From the IMG/VR virus record IMGVR_UViG_3300043392_000054, positions 118,830 to 182,829 of that record: a stretch of DNA of 64,000 nt; one strand, written 5' to 3'. Numbering within the stretch: position 1 is the first letter of the stretch; each line of letters opens with the position of its first letter. Under the pieces are notes generated by a model. That model was not told where the DNA came from. It did no database searches and worked only from the letters and a program-made list of their open reading frames with translations. The DNA is from a virus. A program made the translations under genes and the position numbers. Positions 57,298 through 64,000 of the stretch are shown piece by piece.

Positions 57298-58981
57298 ATG
57301 AAAAAGGTTAAATTATTTGAGCAATACGTAGCTGAAAAGAAATCAGACTATCAAGTTTATCATAATACTTATTCTGCTGCAATTGATACAGCATTAGAAT
57401 ATGCAGAAGATAATGGCTATGAATACGATAAAGAGGAAACCTTTACTAAAATAGGAATGGGTGATAAAAAACCTAAAGATGGAGTTACTAATAAGTTTAC
57501 TATCACTCTGTATAAAGATGGTAAAGAACAAAAGAAAGCTCTTCAAATCCAGGTTTATGGAATGGGTAATAAATATGAATTAAACGCATATATCGCATAA
57601 TGAAAAAGGTAAAACTATTTGAAGACTTTATTAATGAAGCTTATAAGCAAGTTCCCTATAATGTAAAGATTGCAGGAGTTTATAAAGTCGATATAGATGA
57701 TGCAGAATGCACTGTTAAAGTGGCTGGTTTTGAAAGACAAGGTGATGACACAGATGCTCTTTATTTAATGGACACTGACCCTTATAAATCTCTATTAGGT
57801 AGTCTTATTGTCAAGAATAAAGATATGTTTAGCTTACCAAAGGGTAAAACAGTTAAGGCTCATTCTACGACTAATAATAATGTAACAATAACACGTTTAA
57901 GAGACTTATAAAAAATAAAATAATTATGAAACACGTTAAATTATTTGAACAGTTTATTGGTGAAATGAGTCATAAAGATGTTCACTTTAAAGATATTATG
58001 CAAATGTATCTTAAAGGAGGTTCATTTACAAAAAAGAAAGTAGCTTCAGTTGTTTGCAAAAATCCTAATGCTTCTCAAAAAGAAATTGAAGATGCTTTAG
58101 AAGATTCAGATTATAATGAAATCATTGAATTTGAAGATGAATTAGGAATTCATGAAGCAATTGTAAATGAAGAATCTGGCAAGATGAAACAAATTAGAAC
58201 TGGAAAGCCAGAAAACATATATTATGTATTTTATAAAGGCAAATTTGATGTGGACTACAGTTCAATGGGTCCTCGTCCCGTGCAACAATATTACAAAAAT
58301 GAATTTAAGGTAAGAAAACCAAAGGGTTCTGAATTTGATTTTAATCCTGATTTTAAAGTTGTTTCTAAAACTCAATATGAAAAATATCCAGAGGATTATA
58401 AAGAATTAAAACCATTTGTTGATAAATTTTGGGATGAATTAGGTGTTAAAGAATCAACTGTAAATGAAAGTTGGGAAGCTAAAGATGGTAAAGTGTTATC
58501 TAATGGCAAACTTATAGGTTATTATAGTTTTGATAGTGATTCAGATTCTTTTTGGGTAGATGACTTTAAAGGTAAAGGTCAAAAATCATTTGAAGAAAAA
58601 TCAGAAGTGATTGCATATTTTAAAAAGCATGAAAAAGAGGCACTTAAAGCATTACAAAACTTTAAAGAAGTAGATGAATCTATTGTAAATGAAGAATCTT
58701 CTAAAAAAGATTTAGAGCTTCAAAGAATAAAGTTATTAAATCAAGCATTTAAAGCAATGCCTAATTCACCTAAGCAACTTAAAATCAAAGAAGAGATACA
58801 AAAAATCGAATCTCAAATTAAAGAATTAAGTGAAGGTGTTGGTACTGAAATTGGAGATTCTTCAACATTACAACCAAATCCGGGTGAATCTGAAGAATCT
58901 TTTAAAATCAGAACTTTTTCAGCTAACGTTGACGATTATGAAAAGTTCGTAACTGGTAAAAAAATAGTTAAAACTTTTTAA
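57298..58981 (+). CDS. three CTS-tagged proteins (57298-57600, 57600-57911, 57926-58981)
   Basis: MKKVKLFEQYVAE, MKKVKLFEDFINE, MKHVKLFEQFIGE; GATATATA upstream. Confidence 0.8.
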
Positions 58982-59039
58982 AGGATTTGAATATATAGAT
59001 TGTAGTTTTACTCTATAACCTAATAATATTAAATCTTTT

Positions 59040-59210
59040 ATGGAAAGTTTCATCGCAGAAGTCGGTCCAGCTTCTGTGTGCGAAACTAAAGAGAATCTTA
59101 CTCATCTAAAAGAAGTAATAGTTGAACAAATTACCAAAGGTTTAACTATACTAAATGATGATGACGAAGCGTCAAATTGGTTTTTCTACGGAGTTGGTGG
59201 TCCGGCCTAA
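59040..59210 (+). CDS. 56-aa ORF followed by terminator (59219-59246)
   Basis: ends WFFYGVGGPA; hairpin AAAGGAATCC-AATT-GGGTTCCTTT plus T tract. Confidence 0.5.
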   Translation: MESFIAEVGPASVCETKENLTHLKEVIVEQITKGLTILNDDDEASNWFFYGVGGPA

Positions 59211-59331
59211 AAGAAATTAAAGGAATCCAATTGGGTTCCTTTTTTTATGAAAAAAATTAAAAATAAATGCTTAAATATTTTTTACTGTCATTTATTTTGT
59301 GTAGATTTACAGTATAATAAAAAGAGATAAT

Positions 59332-60171
59332 ATGAAAACAGTTAAATTATTTGAACAATTTGTAAATGAATCTAGAGGTTCTGAATTCTCACATGCAGTT
59401 TTAACTGCTCTAGAGCCAACTATCTTAGAAATGGTTGAAAATATCAAAGCTCAAATCATTGAACAATATGCTAAAAAGAATGAAACGTACACTGTTAGCG
59501 CTTTTGAAGAAAGAATGATTTACTTAGGTTTAATTGTTGATATGTTAAAATCATTTGAGAAATACACAGAACCAACTGATAAATTAATTAAAATCCAAGC
59601 AAATATTGCTCGTAAAGGTGTTGAAATCTATGCAGTTGTTGAGAGAGACGGTGTACAATATGACTATTTCACTGAAGCTATTGGTGCTGGAGGTTATAAT
59701 ATTCAATCTTATCACTATCGTTATTTAACTAAAACTAAATTACCTAACGGTAAAATTAAAGGTACTTTATCTAATGAATATGCTGAGCAATTAAAGAAGT
59801 TAACTAAAGTTGAAAAGATGAATGCTGAAATTAAATCTTATCAAGTTAGAATTGAAAGAAATAATGAAATTATTCAAGCTTCTCTAGGTTTTACAGACGA
59901 AGAAATTTTAGCTAAAGTTAATGCTGGTGATAATATAATGGGAAAACCTTATCAATGGCCAACATGGGCAGAAATCGTTAAAAATGGTGCTGCTAAGAAT
60001 TATAATAATGATGAAGCTGCTTATAATAAACAAAAGTCAGATGCTGAAGCAGATAGCATAGAATTTTGGAAAAGGAGAAACATTAAATGGAATCAAGAAA
60101 ATAACAAAGCTCTTGAAAAGAATATTTCTAAACTTGAAGCTAAATTAGCACAAATCACATCTCAATCTTAA
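59332..60171 (+). CDS. CTS-tagged protein
   Basis: MKTVKLFEQFVNE. Confidence 0.8.
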   Translation: MKTVKLFEQFVNESRGSEFSHAVLTALEPTILEMVENIKAQIIEQYAKKNETYTVSAFEERMIYLGLIVDMLKSFEKYTEPTDKLIKIQANIARKGVEIYAVVERDGVQYDYFTEAIGAGGYNIQSYHYRYLTKTKLPNGKIKGTLSNEYAEQLKKLTKVEKMNAEIKSYQVRIERNNEIIQASLGFTDEEILAKVNAGDNIMGKPYQWPTWAEIVKNGAAKNYNNDEAAYNKQKSDAEADSIEFWKRRNIKWNQENNKALEKNISKLEAKLAQITSQS

Positions 60172-60388
60172 TCAATGCAACTATATTTAGAAGCAACAGT
60201 TCGATTAATAGCTGAAAAGCTAGGCTCTCCTGAAAAGGTGAAAGCTTGGCTTGAATCGGGCGAAATCAAACAAACCAAATCTGGTGTAATTTATTTTCAA
60301 ATAAAAGAAAAATAATTTTTATTTGTCGATTATTTTTAGTAGATTTGCATAAGTTAATTATTAATCAAGTCACTTTAATTAAAAGAAC

Positions 60389-60893
60389 ATGAGGACAATC
60401 AAACAATTTAAAGTTCCTAAAGGAATTAAATCAAAACAACCAGAACATCTTAAAGAATTTAATCGTTGGGCTAAAAAAAATAGAATCTCCACAAAATGGG
60501 TGGCTGACACTGAAGAAAAACGTGATTTTATTGTAAGATTACAAGAGGCAAAATTCGCAGAAGCAATGTTAAAAGAAAGAACAGATGAAGAAAAACATAA
60601 AGAGGTTATCTAATCCAGATTCCTTAAGTGGAACAAGTCTTAAAGGTACTATTAATGGTATCGCATTTATTGAATTATTTGCAGTTCTTGGCGCTCCAGA
60701 TGCCGAGGAAACAGATGGTTCTCAATTTGAATGGCATATAGATTTTAAAGGTCAACCAATTTGCTTATATGACTGGCATAAAGGTGACCGAATTCAAGTC
60801 TTAGACCAAAATAGAACTTGGAATATAGGTTCTAATGCAAATGTTGCAGATTTTATTGAGCATTTAGATGCTTTAGTAAAACAAAATCGTTAA
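60389..60893 (+). CDS. two hypothetical proteins (60389-60613, 60585-60893)
   Basis: after class I promoter. Confidence 0.65.
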
Positions 60894-60909
60894 CTAAACC
60901 CCAAACAGT

Positions 60910-61479
60910 ATGTTTTATAAGTATGATAAAAAGAATTTTGTATTTAAAACAATTAACACTAAATTCTATTTCAATGCAATCTTTGGAGTACTATTTACAT
61001 TTGTACTCTCATCTTTTGTAAGTTATAAATACGGTATTTATCAAAGTATTAATGGTCTAACAGATAATGAGCGTGCAGTCATTATTAAAAGACAAGACCA
61101 ATTTGAACAGGAGAAATTAGTTCAAATGATGAAAGAGTTAAACGTTAAGTTTCCTTGGATTCCATTAGCACAATCGATGGTTGAAACTGGCCATTGGAAA
61201 TCAAATATTTTTATTGAAAACAATAATTTATTTGGTATGAAAGAGGCTAAACAACGCATCTCTACAGCAGGAGGAACACAAAATGGGCATGCATATTATG
61301 AAACTTGGAGAGAATCTGTTTATGATTATGCATTCTATCAATCTCGATATCTAGCCTCTATTCGCTCAGAACAAGAATACTTTCAATATCTTTCGGCAAG
61401 TTATGCAGAGGACCCAAATTATATTCGAGCTATCAAAGCTGCTATATCTGATAATAATTTAAAACAATTATTTAAGTAG
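60910..61479 (+). CDS. membrane-anchored glucosaminidase (GH73-like)
   Basis: AQSMVETG, NNLFGMK, YAEDPNY. Confidence 0.85.
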   Translation: MFYKYDKKNFVFKTINTKFYFNAIFGVLFTFVLSSFVSYKYGIYQSINGLTDNERAVIIKRQDQFEQEKLVQMMKELNVKFPWIPLAQSMVETGHWKSNIFIENNNLFGMKEAKQRISTAGGTQNGHAYYETWRESVYDYAFYQSRYLASIRSEQEYFQYLSASYAEDPNYIRAIKAAISDNNLKQLFK

Positions 61480-61510
61480 ATATATAAAGTTAGAATATAA
61501 TAATATTATT

Positions 61511-64000
61511 ATGAAGAAAATAAAACTATTTGAAGAGTTTATAGGCGAGTATATTGTAAATGAAGGCGCAGATTATGAATATCTAGTTGATTTGTTATTA
61601 AACGCAAAACCAGCATACGATGTTTATTATAATAATAGTCAAAATGTTGTCAACGTTGGAGGAACTGGTTATAGTGAAGGAGAGCTTGTAAAACAACTAA
61701 AAGGTGAGCCAGGATTTGCATGGAAGATTAGAAATAACTTCTACTATGCGCAACAAGATCCAAAAGAAACTAAAAAACAAATAGAAAAATTATCAAAAGG
61801 TAAAATACAAGTTGATAATTCTACATCTATTGTAAAATATAAAGTCAAATAATGATGAAAAAAGTAAAGTTATTTGAAGAGTTTTTAGCAGAATCAATTG
61901 AGTCTAAAATTAGGTCTCAGTTGATTCAATTTTTACATGAAGGTGTAAAAATGATTCCAGTTGCTTCAATTAATGAAGGTTTAGTTGACAAAGCTCAATA
62001 TGAACTGGATTTATTGATGAAGAATGCTGAAGGAACCCCAGTTGTTAAAGAATTTGTGCCTGAAATCATGGCTCTAGTAAAGAAATTTGCAGATTCTGGT
62101 CAAAGCGGTGGATCAGCACCTTTTGTATCTCAAATTATTGTTCAAGTATTACAGAAATTATTGAAGCATGAACCTCTTGGAGAGGGTATTATGGGAACTG
62201 ATGATGAATGGAGCGATATGTCAGATATGGAAAATGTTGCTGAAGGAACTGGAAGTTTTCAAAATATGAGGCTTAGCTCTGTATTTAAAGAGGGCAAGAA
62301 CGGTAAACCTTATTATTTAGATGCAATTGTATTTACACCCGAAGGAAAAGATTATAGCTTTACAAGCAGTGGTGTTGGTATGACTGAAGGCAGCGAAGAA
62401 ACAATAGGCTCTTTTCAATACATTAAATCATTTCCATTTATACCAAAGACTTTTACAATTGATGTATGTGAAAAAGAGTACCGTAAATTAGAAGATGGTT
62501 CTATGGTTGAAGAAGAAGGTGGAGGCTGGTGGGAAAGCTGGTTAGCAGACCCTAAACAATTAGACCAAGTTTGGGAATATTACGATAAAAAAGAACCAAA
62601 AAAGAAATAGCAAATATATTTTTTATTTCGTATAAATTTATTATATTTGTAAAACAAAAACAAAATTATGAAACACGTTAAATTATTCGAACAATTTATC
62701 AATGAAGGCAACTCATCTTTTACTAAAGATGAAGTTAAAACTATTAAATCATTGCTTACAAAAGAAACTGGATTTAAAAATTCAGATGAGTATGCAGGAT
62801 TACCATCCTTATTAATTGGAGATTATCAAGATAGCGAAGTATTGGTATTATTTAAGAAAAGTATTGGAGATGAACCGGCTTCTATAGATAATATTGAAGT
62901 TGATTTTATTAAGTGTGTAAGTGCGATTAGAGGCCTTTCAATTTATAATCCTGCAGAATTCAAGCTTATGAAACAATGGGCTAAAAAATGGGACTTTAAA
63001 ATAACTGGCCAAACGGATAATTTATATACTAACAAACAAATTTTACCTAAAGATGTTCAAAAAATGGCTGAAGAATTTACAGATATTCTTGTACAAGCTT
63101 ATGGTAAAGACCGCATGAAAACATATTAATATGAAACACATTAAATTGTTTGAAGATTTTATTAGCGAAGGTGTTAAATATGAATCTGGCAGAGGTATTG
63201 TTTCAGAATGGTCTGGTACTGCAACCTCTGAAAAAGAATTCATTGAGATGATTAAAAGGATGCCAGAAACATTAAAATCTATTGTTGTAACTAATAGCAC
63301 ATCTAGTTTTAATCCTAGTAGAGAAAAGTTTGAAGGTCCTATTGATTCTGCAAAGAAGAACAAAATCATTAAGATAGTTAAAGATATGACTAAAGCTTTT
63401 AAAAAGCAAGGTGATGAAATTACTGCTTATGAGTTAATGTCATTCTATGGTGTTAGTAATGCTGAAAAACATAATACAGACCCGGCATATATTCAATATA
63501 GAACAGAAAAAATAAGTGCATTTAATCATGATATGAGTGCAGGTCGTTACGGTTCATTAGATTAAAAAAAATTACATAGAAAAATGAAATACACAAAAAG
63601 ATTTGAACAATTTGTAGATGAGTCTATTGTTAATGAGGCTTCAGAAATATCTCTTAATGATTTAGATTCAAACAAACAAAAATTAGTCAATGAACTTGTA
63701 AAATTTTTTGGCGGAAAAGTACTTAATATCTGGGGAGGAATTCATGGTAATATTGTCGATATTCAAATGTCTGAGCCTGTATGGAGAATGGATACACAAG
63801 ATTTAAAAGATTTGATTTCATTAAAAATTAGATGGATTGAATTTGACAAAAAAACAGTTTCAATAGGATTTTAATATGAAACACATAAAATTATTCGAAG
63901 ATTTTATAAACGAAGAAAAAGTTTATATTGATTTTTTAAATAAGAAAAAAGGATTCTCACAAGATAGAATTAAATTTAATTCTTATGAGGAAGCCGTAAA
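61511..64000 (+). CDS. six CTS-tagged proteins (61511-61852, 61852-62610, 62668-63129, 63131-63565, 63584-63874, 63876 to window end)
   Basis: MKKIKLFEEFIGE, MKKVKLFEEFLAE, MKHVKLFEQFINE, MKHIKLFEDFISE, MKYTKRFEQFVDE, MKHIKLFEDFINE. Confidence 0.8.

Noticed and set aside
3106-63369. Minus-strand ORFs in the track other than 35197-35829, plus alternate-frame plus-strand ORFs 10020-10220, 22344-22610 and 35217-35435
   Set aside because: Shadows of well-supported genes, with no motifs or promoters

Overview
A 64-kb segment of a very AT-rich, large (jumbo-type) dsDNA phage genome, almost entirely coded on the + strand in the standard genetic code. The host is probably a Bacteroidota (inference from TAnnTTTG -7 promoter boxes, no Shine-Dalgarno motifs, and a lipoprotein with D-S/T-x O-glycosylation motifs). 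Protein content: an RNA repair set (metallophosphoesterase, P-loop kinase, Rnl1-type ligase), ThyA, Gmk, a 5'-nucleotidase, a glycan and modification island (carbamoyltransferase, SGNH and 2OG-fold paralogs, Glf, several glycosyltransferases, methyltransferases), glycine-rich fibre genes, SerRS, an M42 peptidase, three cell-wall enzymes, and at least 11 proteins sharing an N-terminal MKxVKLFEEFINE tag resembling the T4 capsid-targeting sequence. The most unusual part is the RNA content. There are 29 tRNA genes, including a tRNA-Ala(UGC) split by a 231-nt group I intron in its T-loop and followed by a free-standing HNH gene. There are also about 11 tRNA-scaffolded RNAs that keep the acceptor, D and T arms but carry unrelated folded cargo, one circularly permuted tRNA-like module, many pseudoknotted ncRNA candidates, boxA elements, and a putative attenuator upstream of the tRNA array. 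All structures were paired by eye and no database searches were run, so novelty is unverified.
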